Positions 26,801 to 35,269 of a stretch of 64,000 bases of DNA are shown here, piece after piece (position 1 is the stretch's first letter; each line of letters starts with the position of its first letter). This stretch comes from Betaproteobacteria bacterium. Its GTDB lineage: Bacteria > Pseudomonadota > Gammaproteobacteria > Burkholderiales > UBA3065. A program made the translations under genes and the position numbers. The stretch spans positions 20,227 through 84,226 of the forward strand of contig JAIXXL010000024.1 of the NCBI GenBank assembly GCA_027490755.1, written 5' to 3'. The notes beneath the pieces were generated by a model. The model saw only the letters and a list, made by a program, of their open reading frames with translations, was not told the DNA's origin and made no database searches.

Positions 26801-28276
26801 GTCGACCACCGTGATGCCGGTGAGGGTGATGTTCCCGGTGTTGCTGACGACGATGCTGTAGTTGAGCACGTCGCCCGCTGCATCGGCGATGGCATTGCCG
26901 TTGCCACCGGTCACTTCATCGAACACCTTGTCGATGCTCAGCGCTGGCAAGTATGCCAACGGAGCCGTTGCCGAGTCGCTCACCGGGTCGGTCTGGTTGC
27001 TGTCGGCGGTGGCGGTGTTGTCGATGTCGCCATCACCGCCGCCTTCGTTGTCGAGGTCCGACTGCTGGACCGTGTACTGGCTGGCGTAGTCGGCAAATGC
27101 CCCGATGGCCAAGGTCACGCCCGTGATGTCCTGGCCGGTCAGCGGGTCGGTCACCGTCACCCCGGTCAGCGCCACCTCGCCGGTGTTGGTCACGCGCACG
27201 TTGTATTTGACGATGTCGCCCGCCTCATCGGCGATGCCATCGCTGTCCAGGGTCACGCCGTCCGACTCGTAGACGCCGACCACCGTCTTGTCGATGGTCA
27301 TCTCCGGCACCAGGATGGCCGCCGGCGAGAGCTGGATGGACGTTGCGCCGCTGCCGCCGATGTCCACGGTGGTCTGCAGCGAGCCGCCGGTCCACATGTG
27401 GGCGCCGTTGGTCGGGGTGCTGTTGGGCGAGGGCACGTCACCGGGGCCGGCGATCTTCAGGCCGTAGTAGATCAGCGCCGATCCGCTGCTGGTCTGCTCG
27501 GGGCCGGAGTAGACAAATGTCACAGTGACGTGACCATCCCTGGTGCTGGCGCCGCTGTAGGTCACCGCACTCACGTTGGTGATGTCGGCGTTCACCGTAT
27601 GGAACATGCCCGCGGTACCGCCGTTGTTCACGAAGGTGCTGTCGGCCGAGGGCGCGCCGTTCGCCGGCCAGCTGTTCGGGTCGCGGCTCAGGTTGAAGGT
27701 GTCGAGTCCGACAAAGCCACCGGCGTTGGTGTTGGTCTGGTAGTGGTTGTAGGTGATGTTGAACGAGTAGGTCTGCCCTGGCACCAGTGGCATCTGGCTG
27801 CTCGCCTTGAACGCGAACACGTGCGGGATGACCTCGCCTTCGCTGTAGTCCGACTTGTTGGCCGAGAGGATGTTGTTGTTCCACTCGTCGTCGTTGGGGT
27901 TGGCAAAGTCACCGTCTGCCCAGTGCTGGTAGACCTTGCTGATCTTGTCGGTGACGGTGGCGGCGAGCGGTGCCAGCTTTTGCGCGCTTGCCGTGAGTGG
28001 CTCGACATTCGCATCGACAGGGGCCACCGAAGGCGGCGGGGGCGGTGGGGTATTCCCCGTGTAAGGGAACACCGCAGCCGCGACCGATCCGGGCGTCGAA
28101 GACGCATCGGCTGCTGCCCAAGTCGCGACCTTGGCAACCATTGAAGCCGCTGCGGGCGGTGTCGAGGGTGCCAGTGGCGTCAGACCGAGGTTGGCGAGGC
28201 CCGCCAGTCCGCCATCCGCATGATCGGAATCATGGCTTAGGGGGGTGTAAGACCACGTCTTTTTCTTGGCTGTCAT
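23828..28276 (-). CDS. Large repetitive surface/adhesin-like protein with DUF11/DUF7507-type Ig-like repeats
   Basis: RBS caggag before ATG 28276; nine repeats GD.LNY.V.V.N.GNVTLT.V.V.DPLTG...LAPGE....SYTL.Q.DLD..GGGDG.IDNTAT plus a divergent terminal domain. Confidence 0.85.
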   Translation of the reverse strand: MTAKKKTWSYTPLSHDSDHADGGLAGLANLGLTPLAPSTPPAAASMVAKVATWAAADASSTPGSVAAAVFPYTGNTPPPPPPSVAPVDANVEPLTASAQKLAPLAATVTDKISKVYQHWADGDFANPNDDEWNNNILSANKSDYSEGEVIPHVFAFKASSQMPLVPGQTYSFNITYNHYQTNTNAGGFVGLDTFNLSRDPNSWPANGAPSADSTFVNNGGTAGMFHTVNADITNVSAVTYSGASTRDGHVTVTFVYSGPEQTSSGSALIYYGLKIAGPGDVPSPNSTPTNGAHMWTGGSLQTTVDIGGSGATSIQLSPAAILVPEMTIDKTVVGVYESDGVTLDSDGIADEAGDIVKYNVRVTNTGEVALTGVTVTDPLTGQDITGVTLAIGAFADYASQYTVQQSDLDNEGGGDGDIDNTATADSNQTDPVSDSATAPLAYLPALSIDKVFDEVTGGNGNAIADAAGDVLNYSIVVSNTGNITLTGITVVDPLTGQNLSGITLDPGTTQTFGSSYTLTQDDLDAQGGGDGDIDNTATVDSNETDPSSDSETVPLAYLPVLAIAKSYDSVTGGNQNDKIDLPGEVLNYTVTVTNNGNVTLTNVTVVDPLTGQNLSGITLTVGQTQTFTSTYTVTQADLDNNGGGDGDIDNTATADSDQTDPASASASAPLDFVPALQVTKTFLQVTDGNGNDVADAAGDVIRYRVTVTNTDGVTLTNVTIVDPLTGQNVSGITLAAGESQSFDSSYVLQQSDLDTQGGGDGDLDNTATADSDQTDPVTASVAVPLAYTPAIAIDKVIDEITGGNQNGVADFAGDVLNYRVLVRNNGNITLTGVTVVDPLTGQNIGGITLAVGETQTFASSYTLTQADLDTNGGGDSHIENTATADSNETEPVSDSERVDLSVRPSLSINKVPAGITGGNGNLLADAAGDVLNYDVTVSNRGNVTLTNVSVVDPLTGLNQTGLTLAPGETQTFGSIYELTQADLDDNGGGDGDIDNEATTDSDQTDPISDAETVQLQRTTGLQIIKSFVDLTGGNGNVLADRAGDILNYRIVVSNVGTTTLHNVVTTSSLTSFSDTLATLLPGENYTYLTSYTLQQADLDNNGGGDGTLENDAVAVADETGPTFDSETVQLFVRPVMFLSKLFLDVTGGNGNGVADAAGDQINYRLILANPGNVTLTNVDLFEPLTGLILNDLTLAPNDANVYLTSYTLQQSDLDNNGGGDGYIDNIANATSDQANPVTDGDQVPLLLTKSMSYDAAFTGVTGGNGNLLADAAGDVLNFRYTVANLGNVTLTDVNVTDPLTGVAVTGVTLAPGESGVYTGSYTLQQSDLDSNGDGDGRVESDSTAGSNETTPAADSEYVTVVYDPRVNLVKYVSVDGGSTWNDANSPTGPEATSAPLFRFVVSNTGTVTLGDVVLEDNTYDLNGVDSGVTYDFGTFAPGESKELIFSDTTLQIGQQVNSASVSVVGMPTVTDNDNAYYIGIAV
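24185..27307 (-). repeat. Intragenic tandem repeat, 345-bp (115-aa) period, nine copies
   Basis: GGN(G/Q)N-coding segments recur with exact 345-bp spacing (alternate copies 690 bp apart, e.g. near 26551/25861/25171/24481). Confidence 0.9.
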
Positions 28277-28437
28277 GCTCGTTTCTCCTGGATTCCGGAA
28301 AAGGGCTCCCCGCCCCTTAGGGAGGGGGTGAGACGCCGGCAGGCAAGGCTGCCAACGCATGGCGCTCAGGATTGCAATGGCGGGTGTCCGGGTCTGCCGG
28401 ATAAGGGCGACATCTCTGTGGGGCATGGCGTCGCTGC

Positions 28438-28455
28438 GGTAGGAAAAGCCCTACA
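28438..28455. promoter_or_regulatory. Palindromic operator candidate GTAGG-N6-CCTAC
   Basis: GGTAGGAAAAGCCCTACA between the divergent repeat-protein and response-regulator genes; resembles the GacA/UvrY box TGTAAG-N6-CTTACA. Confidence 0.5.
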
Positions 28456-28472
28456 GGCGAGGAGAAGGTTGC

Positions 28473-29102
28473 ATGGCGGATATCGTTATCGCTGACCAGT
28501 ACCCGGTGGTGCGCATCGGCTTGCGCCACGTTTTTGGCGTCACGCGCGACTTCTGCGTGGTCGCCGAGGTCGGGCACTCGTCAGAGGTTCTGCAGCTGTT
28601 GGGACGGGTGCCCTGCGATCTGCTGGTGCTTGACCCCGCAATGCCGGAGTTGCCGCTGGTTGAGATGCTGGGGCACCTTCGGCGCAACGCGCCGGCATCT
28701 CGTGTGCTGGTGTTCGGCATCAACAACGAGGAAGACTTCACCCTGCCGGTGATCGGCATGGGCGCAGCCGGCTACCTGCACAAGCGCAGCCAGCCCGAAC
28801 AGATCCTGCTGGCTGCGCGCACGGTGCTGGGCGGCGACACCTACCTCGCGCCGGGCGCCGCGCGCACCCTGATGGCAGGGACTGGGGCGGAACGGGCGGT
28901 GGCGCCGCACCTGGCGCTGTCTCGCCGCGAGATGGGCGTGTTGCTGATGCTCGGCGCCGGCAGGCCGCTCAAGCGCATCGCTAGCGAACTCAACCTGAGC
29001 ACCAAGACGGTCAGCACCTACCGCAGCCGCGTCCTGCAGAAACTCGGCCTGGCGTCCAACGCCGACCTGACCCGCTACGTCATCGAGCGCCGACTGGCCT
29101 AG
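28473..29102 (+). CDS. NarL/UvrY-type response regulator (REC + LuxR HTH)
   Basis: LLVLD phosphoacceptor, GAAGYLHK, LSRREMGVL...IASELNLSTKTVSTYRSRVLQKL. Confidence 0.92.
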   Translation: MADIVIADQYPVVRIGLRHVFGVTRDFCVVAEVGHSSEVLQLLGRVPCDLLVLDPAMPELPLVEMLGHLRRNAPASRVLVFGINNEEDFTLPVIGMGAAGYLHKRSQPEQILLAARTVLGGDTYLAPGAARTLMAGTGAERAVAPHLALSRREMGVLLMLGAGRPLKRIASELNLSTKTVSTYRSRVLQKLGLASNADLTRYVIERRLA

Positions 29103-30382
29103 ACCAGGAGCTGACCAGCGGCAGGGTGCGACAGGAACGCTGCCGGGCTGGCGCTGGCGCCGTATGCGCCCGACTGGCCGATAGCCAGCACGTCGCCCGG
29201 CTGCACGTCGTCGGGCAGCAGCGCCTCGCGCGCCAGCACGTCAAGCGGCGTGCACAGCGGCCCGCAGACGGTGAACGCGGTGTTGGGTTCTGCGCGCAGG
29301 TCGCGTGCCAGCCAGACCGGGTAGTCGCGGCGGATCACCTGGCCGAAATTGCCCGACGCCGCCAGGTGCTGGTGCATGCCGCCGTCGCAGACCAGGAACT
29401 CGCGGCCGCGGGAACGTTTGCGGTCGAGCACGCGGGTCAGGAACACGCCGGCCTCGCCGACCAGGTAACGGCCCATCTCCAGCACCAGCGCGGTGTCCGG
29501 GAAGGCATGGCGATGCGCGGCAGCGATGCTCGCAATCGCGCTGGCGATCGGCGCGGTGTCGATGCGCTGCTCGCCGGCAAAGTAGGGGATGCCCAGGCCC
29601 CCGCCCAGATTGAACACTTGTGGCGCGGCGGGCGCGCTGGAGGCAAGTCGCGCGCACAGGGCGTGGCTGCGGCGCAGTGCGTCCGCTACCTGGTCGCCGT
29701 TGAGGTTCTGCGAGCCGGCGTAGATGTGGAAGCCGGCGAAATCGAGACCGGACGGCCATGCGGCGAGGACCTCCGGCACCTGCTCGGCGTCGATGCCGAA
29801 CACCTGCGCGCCGCCGCCCATACGCATGCCGGACTGGCGCAGCTCGAAGTCGGGGTTGATGCGCAGCGCCGCCAGCGCGCGCCGGCCGCTGTCCTGCGCG
29901 ATGGCTGCCAGCCGCGCCAGTTCGCCCGGCGACTCGACGTTCACCACCGCGCCGGCACCGATCGCCTCGCGAAGCTCGTCGTCGCGCTTGCCGGGCCCGG
30001 CGAATCCGAGGTCTGCGCCACGGTGGCCGGCATCCAGCGCCAGCTGCAGCTCGCCAGCCGAGGCGATGTCGAAGCCGTCGACCAACGGCGCGAGCAGGTG
30101 CAGCAGGTCGGGCATGGGGTTGGCCTTGATGGCGTAGTGCAGGCGCACGCCATCCGGCAGCAGTTTGCGAACATGTGTCACGCGCTCGCGCACCATCCGG
30201 GCGTCGACGGCGTAGAGCGGGGTGCCGATACGGCTGGCCAGCGCTGTGGCAGGCTCGCCGCCCAGCAATAGCCCACCGTGTGCATCCTTGGCGAACAGAG
30301 GCGGTGCGTGGGCCGGCGCTGCGTCGGGGTCGGCGCGTGTGGCGGCCAGGCGCGCGGGCGCGCGATCAGTCATTGCCGTCAC
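29099..30382 (-). CDS. PLP-dependent decarboxylase, LysA-like, exosortase A system-associated type
   Basis: HYAIKANP, FAGPGK, HIYAGSQNL, NLGGGLGIPY, DGGMHQHLAASGNFGQVIR, GPLCTPLD. Confidence 0.88.
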   Translation of the reverse strand: MTAMTDRAPARLAATRADPDAAPAHAPPLFAKDAHGGLLLGGEPATALASRIGTPLYAVDARMVRERVTHVRKLLPDGVRLHYAIKANPMPDLLHLLAPLVDGFDIASAGELQLALDAGHRGADLGFAGPGKRDDELREAIGAGAVVNVESPGELARLAAIAQDSGRRALAALRINPDFELRQSGMRMGGGAQVFGIDAEQVPEVLAAWPSGLDFAGFHIYAGSQNLNGDQVADALRRSHALCARLASSAPAAPQVFNLGGGLGIPYFAGEQRIDTAPIASAIASIAAAHRHAFPDTALVLEMGRYLVGEAGVFLTRVLDRKRSRGREFLVCDGGMHQHLAASGNFGQVIRRDYPVWLARDLRAEPNTAFTVCGPLCTPLDVLAREALLPDDVQPGDVLAIGQSGAYGASASPAAFLSHPAAGQLLV

Positions 30383-32015
30383 CCTCGTGTTCGGGCATCG
30401 GGCGCGCGGCGCGTTGCAGGGTCTTCTGGCGGATCAGCACGCGGTCGAACTTACCATTTAGGTTGCGCGGCAGTGGGCCATCCCACAACTCGATGCGGCG
30501 CGGCACCATCCACGCCGGCAGCGCGGCGCGCAGCGCAGGGCTTAGCGTGCGAACGGGGTCGGCATGCTGGGCGGGCTCGGTGCGGCTGCGGTGCGCACCA
30601 AGCCCGCAGCCGGCCACCACCAGCACGATGGCCTGACCCAGCGCATCATCCGGCACCCCCATGGCGACGCACTCAGGCCAGCCAGCCTCCGCAGCAGCGG
30701 CCTCGACCTCGGTCGGGCTGACGCGGTAGCCGGATGTCTTGATCTGCTCATCGTCGCGCCCGACGAACCAGAGATAGCCCTCGGCATCGCGTCGCACCGT
30801 GTCGCCCGACCACACCGCCGGTTCGCCGTCGGGTCCGGGCCGGAACCGCAGGCTGCTGCGCGCCGGGTCGTTCCAGTAGCCGCGTGCCACCAGCGGGCCC
30901 TGCTGCACCAGCTCGCCGGCCTCACCGGCATCAGGGGCCGAACCATCCGCACGCAGCACTTGCAGCCGGGTGCCGCCGGGGATGGCCAGGCCGATCGAGT
31001 CCGGCTTGCGGTCGAAATCCGCCGGTGGCAGCCGGCTGGCGCGGAAGGCCTCGGTCAGGCCGTACATGGCCACCGGCTCTGCCTGCGGCCAGTGCTGGCG
31101 CAGCCCCTGCCAGGCTTCGCGCGGCAGGTGACCGCCGGTGCTGGCGAAGTAGCGCAGGGTGCGGCCGGCATCCTCAGCGCGCTGCAGCGCCGACAGCAGC
31201 TGCAGGTAGAGCGGCGGCACCGCGGTGATGCCTGTAACGCCATGCCGCTCCATCGCCGCCAGCACGTCGGCCGGGAACAGATGGTCGAGCAGCACCACCG
31301 AGGCGCCGGCAGCAAACGCTGTGGTCAGTTGCGAGAAACCGGCGTCGAAGCTCAGCGGCAAGGCCGCGAGCAAACGGTCACCCGGGCTGTTCTCCAGGTA
31401 GGCATTCACCGCTGCAGCGCCGGCCAGCAGGTTGGCGTGGGTCACCATCACGCCCTTGGGCATACCGGTGCTGCCAGAGGTGTAGAACAGGATCGCCAAT
31501 TCTTCGCCATCCCGCTCGAGGGCGGGCAGGGCCGGCGCGGCCAGGTTGCCTGAGCCGGCGCAGAGGTCCACCCAGTCGGGCGCCTCGACATCGACCGCCT
31601 GCCAGTTCTGGGTGGGCGAGCTGACAGCCACCGCACCAGCACTGGCCAGTAGCTGTAGCCGCGCCGTGTCGCTGACCAGTGCGGCGGCGCGGCAGTCGTC
31701 CAGGCAGGCGAGCACCTGCGGCGCCCGCAGTGCCGGGTTGACCGGCACCGCAACGTGGCCGGCGCGCATCGCCGCGAACAACGCGACCACCGTATCCGCC
31801 CGCTTGTCCAGCCATACCGCGACGCGCGAGCCGCGCAGCGGAAAGCGCGCCCGCATCCACGCCGCCATCCGGTCGACTCGTGCGTCGAGTTCGGCGTAGC
31901 CGATCGATGCCTCGTCGCGCCACAGCGCGGGCGCGCCCGGCGCACGATGCGCCGCGAGCCGCAGCAGGTCGTCTACGGTTGTTGCGGCCGTCGCGGCCGT
32001 GGACGGCCTAGTCAC
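30366..32015 (-). CDS. Acyl-CoA/ACP ligase (AMP-forming), exosortase A system-associated type (start approximate)
   Basis: YTSGSTGMPKG, LPLSFDAG, MYGLTEAFR, IKTSGYRVSPTEVE, PRNLNGKFDR; adjacent to decarboxylase and ACP. Confidence 0.88.
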   Translation of the reverse strand: MTRPSTAATAATTVDDLLRLAAHRAPGAPALWRDEASIGYAELDARVDRMAAWMRARFPLRGSRVAVWLDKRADTVVALFAAMRAGHVAVPVNPALRAPQVLACLDDCRAAALVSDTARLQLLASAGAVAVSSPTQNWQAVDVEAPDWVDLCAGSGNLAAPALPALERDGEELAILFYTSGSTGMPKGVMVTHANLLAGAAAVNAYLENSPGDRLLAALPLSFDAGFSQLTTAFAAGASVVLLDHLFPADVLAAMERHGVTGITAVPPLYLQLLSALQRAEDAGRTLRYFASTGGHLPREAWQGLRQHWPQAEPVAMYGLTEAFRASRLPPADFDRKPDSIGLAIPGGTRLQVLRADGSAPDAGEAGELVQQGPLVARGYWNDPARSSLRFRPGPDGEPAVWSGDTVRRDAEGYLWFVGRDDEQIKTSGYRVSPTEVEAAAAEAGWPECVAMGVPDDALGQAIVLVVAGCGLGAHRSRTEPAQHADPVRTLSPALRAALPAWMVPRRIELWDGPLPRNLNGKFDRVLIRQKTLQRAARPMPEHEGDGND

Positions 32016-32125
32016 CGCCGGCCACGTGTTGCAAAGACGCCACGCCGGCATCCCGGATACGCACTTCATGCGCGGCAAGTGCCCACGGCGGCTCGGACTT
32101 CCTATAATGGCGCCCCCGGACACGG

Positions 32126-32141
32126 TGGCGCGTGGGTTGCA
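32126..32141 (+). promoter_or_regulatory. Putative sigma54 (-24/-12) promoter upstream of the ACP gene
   Basis: TGGCGC-GTGGG-TTGCA, exact GG-N10-GC spacing, about 70 bp before ATG 32213. Confidence 0.55.
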
Positions 32142-32212
32142 AGGCCCGCACTGTCCACCGCGAGGATCCGGTCCCGCATGGACCGTCGCAAGGACCGGGA
32201 CGCAACGCAAAA

Positions 32213-32470
32213 ATGGCAGCAGACATGCAGACAGAACTGGCACGCATCCTCGACGATGTCCTCGTCCTCAACGGTCGCGGTATTACGCTGCGCGCCGATT
32301 CGCGCCTGATGGGCGCCATCCCCGAGCTCGACTCGATGGCGGTGCTGTCGGTGCTCGAGGCCATCCGTGACCGCCTGGACGTCGCCATCGCCGACGACGA
32401 GATCGACGGCCGCATGTTCAGCACGCTCGGCGCCCTCACGGAATTCGTCAGCGCACGCGCGAGCGCCTGA
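32213..32470 (+). CDS. Acyl carrier protein (exosortase-associated type)
   Basis: LMGAIPELDSMAV phosphopantetheine Ser motif, acidic ~85 aa. Confidence 0.88.
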   Translation: MAADMQTELARILDDVLVLNGRGITLRADSRLMGAIPELDSMAVLSVLEAIRDRLDVAIADDEIDGRMFSTLGALTEFVSARASA

Positions 32471-32477
32471 CCGCCGG

Positions 32478-32852
32478 TCAGCGGCTGCCCTTGCCCCGGC
32501 CTTGGGGCTTCTCCGGCTCGGCCGGCACCTCCTCGTCAACCAGGTCCACCACGGTGCCGTGGATCTCCACGTCGAACCACATCCAGAACGCGGCCAGCGA
32601 CCGCTCCTTGGGCCAGTGCGAGGCGTCGTCTACCCAGCTGCCCAGCTCGGCCTCGAACAGCTCCACAGCGATCTCGTCAATAAAGCTGACGGCATCTTCC
32701 GGCTCCTCGAACTCGGGGATCAGCAGAGCTGTGCAGTCGATGCGCAACTGGTCGAGGGTGAGGTCGACTTCGTGGCCGGGGGTCTTGCGCAGCCAGTCGA
32801 GAAAGGGCTGCTTGGGCTTGATGACGGCCAGGTTGCGGTCGATCACATACAT
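32478..32852 (-). CDS. Acidic hypothetical protein
   Basis: 124-aa ORF with protein-like composition (KPKQPFLDWL, ELGSW, FWMWFDVE) filling the gap between ACP and ovoA. Confidence 0.75.
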   Translation of the reverse strand: MYVIDRNLAVIKPKQPFLDWLRKTPGHEVDLTLDQLRIDCTALLIPEFEEPEDAVSFIDEIAVELFEAELGSWVDDASHWPKERSLAAFWMWFDVEIHGTVVDLVDEEVPAEPEKPQGRGKGSR

Positions 32853-33093
32853 GGGGTTCTCCGGTCGGCGCCAGGTGGCGTGTGGGCGACGATTATCGCA
32901 CCGCCGATGAACGCGCCGCCGGCGCGAGTGTCGGAACCCGCTTGGCCGCCAAGTAGCCGGGCGGCGGGCACTTCATGCGCCGGGTCTGCGCCGGAACAGC
33001 GTTCTGGACAGGTTCAAGCGGTATGGTGGGCGCAGCCACTGGTGCAAACAAGTACCAGGAATAGAACAACACGTAACACCACGAGGCCTCCGC

Positions 33094-35235
33094 ATGCGCA
33101 ATGACTCACGACTCCTGTTTCCGCGAACGCCCGACCTGCGCGTCACGGACCCGGTCGCGTTCCGGCAGACCCTGGCCGATTACTTCCACAGCACCTTCAG
33201 CACCTACGAGTCGCTGTTCGAGGCGCTGGTGGACGAGGACAGTTACAGGATCAAGCCGATCAGCCTGCGCCACCCGCTGATCTTCTACTACGGGCACACG
33301 GCCACCTTCTTCACCAACAAGCTTCTGCTCGCCGGGCTCATCAGCGAGCGCATCAACCCGCGATTCGAGTCGATGTTCGCGGTGGGTGTCGACGAGATGA
33401 GCTGGGACGACCTCAACGAGGCGCACTACGACTGGCCGACCGCCGCCGAGGTGCGTGCCTACCGCGATGCCGTGCGTGCCATGGTCGACCGCATCATCCG
33501 CGAGGCGCCGCTGCAGATGCCGGTGGAGTGGGACAACCCGTGGTGGTCCATCATCATGGGCGTCGAGCACGAGCGCATCCACCTCGAGACGTCCTCGGTG
33601 CTGATCCGCCAGCACGCGCTGCAGCGTGTCCGTCCGGTGTCGACGTGGTCGCCCGACCGCAGCGGCCTGGCCGATGCCCTCTCGCCGTTCGATGCGCCGG
33701 CCAACGCTTTGGTATCGGTGCCTGCCGGCACGGTACGCATGGGCAAGGCCTTCGACGACCCGATCTACGGCTGGGACAACGAGTACGGCCGGCGCGAGGT
33801 TGATCTGCCGGCCTTTGAGGCCAGCCGCATGCTGGTCAGCAACGCCGAGTATCTCGCCTTCGTCGAGGCGGGTGGCTACTCCGACCCGCAGTGGTGGGAC
33901 GAGGAGGGCGAGGGCTGGCGCCGCTATTCGCTGGCGCAGGCGCCCACGTTCTGGGTGCGCGAAGGCGACGGCTGGAAACTGCGTCTGATGACCGAGGTGG
34001 TGCCGATGCCCTGGAACTTGCCGGTCGAGGTCAACTGTCTGGAGGCCAGGGCCTTCTGCCGCTGGATGACGTCGATCAGCGGCCGCAACCACCGCCTGCC
34101 GACCGAGGACGAGTGGTACCGCCTGCACGACGTCGCCGGCATCGCCGAGGTACCTCACGACCGGCCGGCCGCCGCCAACCTGCACCTCGACCACGGCGCC
34201 TCGAGCTGCCCGGTCGACCGTCACGCGCAGGGCGCCTTCTACGACGTGGTCGGCAACGTCTGGCAGTGGACCGAGACGCCGATCTACCCGTTCGAGGGTT
34301 TCCGCGTCCACGACATCTACGACGACTTCTCCACGCCGACCTTCGACGGTCGCCACAACCTGATGAAGGGTGGTTCGTGGGCATCGTGCGGCAACGAGAG
34401 CATCCGCGCCTCGCGCTATGCTTTCCGCCGCCACTTCTTCCAGCATGCGGGGTTGCGCTACGTGGTCACCGATACACCGGCTTTGACGCCAAACGTCTAT
34501 TACGAGTCCGACCGGCAGCTCGCCGAGTACGCCGAGTTCCACTACGGCGACGAGTGCTTTGGCGTGCCGAACTTCCCCAAGGCGCTGGCACAGATCGCCG
34601 TCGCCGCCATGGGCGACCGCCCGGCGCGCAGCGCACTCGACCTGGGTTGCGCCACCGGCCGCGCCACCTTCGAGCTGGCACGCCATTTTGGTCATGCCAC
34701 CGGGGTCGACTTCTCGGCGCGATTCATCAACGCCGGCGTGCAATTGCGCGACACCGGCGAGCTGCGCTACACGCGCGTCGAGGAGGGCGAGCTGGTCAGT
34801 TACCAGACGCGCACGCTGGCGCAGATGGGGCTGACCGACGTCGCCGGCAGGGTCGAGTTCCTGCAGGGTGATGCCTGCAACCTCAAGCCCGTACTCACCG
34901 GCTACGACCTCATCCTCGCCGCCAACCTGATCGACCGTCTCTACGACCCGATGGCCTTCCTCGGCCGCATCCACGAGCGGCTCAATGTCGGCGGCGTGCT
35001 GATGCTCAGCTCGCCCTACACCTGGCTGGAAGAACACACCGCCCGCGAGAACTGGCTCGGCGGCTACAAGAAGGATGGCGAGAACTGGACCACGCTCGAT
35101 GCGCTCAAGGCCGCGCTGGCGCCGCACTTCCGCATGATCGGCGAGCCGCGCGACGTGCCCTTCGCCATCCGCGAGACGCGCCGCAAGCACCAGCACACGC
35201 TGGCTGAGGTAAGCCTGTGGGAGCGGATCGCCTGA
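33094..35235 (+). CDS. ovoA: 5-histidylcysteine sulfoxide synthase / methyltransferase OvoA (ovothiol)
   Basis: DinB-like domain LRHPLIFYYGHTA, GVDEMSWDD, HERIHLE (HX3HXE iron motif); FGE domain YGWDNEYG, FRRHFFQHAG; SAM-MTase LDLGCATGR, ANLIDRL. Confidence 0.94.
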   Translation: MRNDSRLLFPRTPDLRVTDPVAFRQTLADYFHSTFSTYESLFEALVDEDSYRIKPISLRHPLIFYYGHTATFFTNKLLLAGLISERINPRFESMFAVGVDEMSWDDLNEAHYDWPTAAEVRAYRDAVRAMVDRIIREAPLQMPVEWDNPWWSIIMGVEHERIHLETSSVLIRQHALQRVRPVSTWSPDRSGLADALSPFDAPANALVSVPAGTVRMGKAFDDPIYGWDNEYGRREVDLPAFEASRMLVSNAEYLAFVEAGGYSDPQWWDEEGEGWRRYSLAQAPTFWVREGDGWKLRLMTEVVPMPWNLPVEVNCLEARAFCRWMTSISGRNHRLPTEDEWYRLHDVAGIAEVPHDRPAAANLHLDHGASSCPVDRHAQGAFYDVVGNVWQWTETPIYPFEGFRVHDIYDDFSTPTFDGRHNLMKGGSWASCGNESIRASRYAFRRHFFQHAGLRYVVTDTPALTPNVYYESDRQLAEYAEFHYGDECFGVPNFPKALAQIAVAAMGDRPARSALDLGCATGRATFELARHFGHATGVDFSARFINAGVQLRDTGELRYTRVEEGELVSYQTRTLAQMGLTDVAGRVEFLQGDACNLKPVLTGYDLILAANLIDRLYDPMAFLGRIHERLNVGGVLMLSSPYTWLEEHTARENWLGGYKKDGENWTTLDALKAALAPHFRMIGEPRDVPFAIRETRRKHQHTLAEVSLWERIA

Positions 35236-35269
35236 GGTCTGGGATGCCTGTGCTGTTGCGGGGGCCGGT

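Noticed and set aside
28338-28354. sigma54 promoter for the repeat-protein gene
   Set aside because: GG-to-GC spacing is not the obligatory 10 nt.
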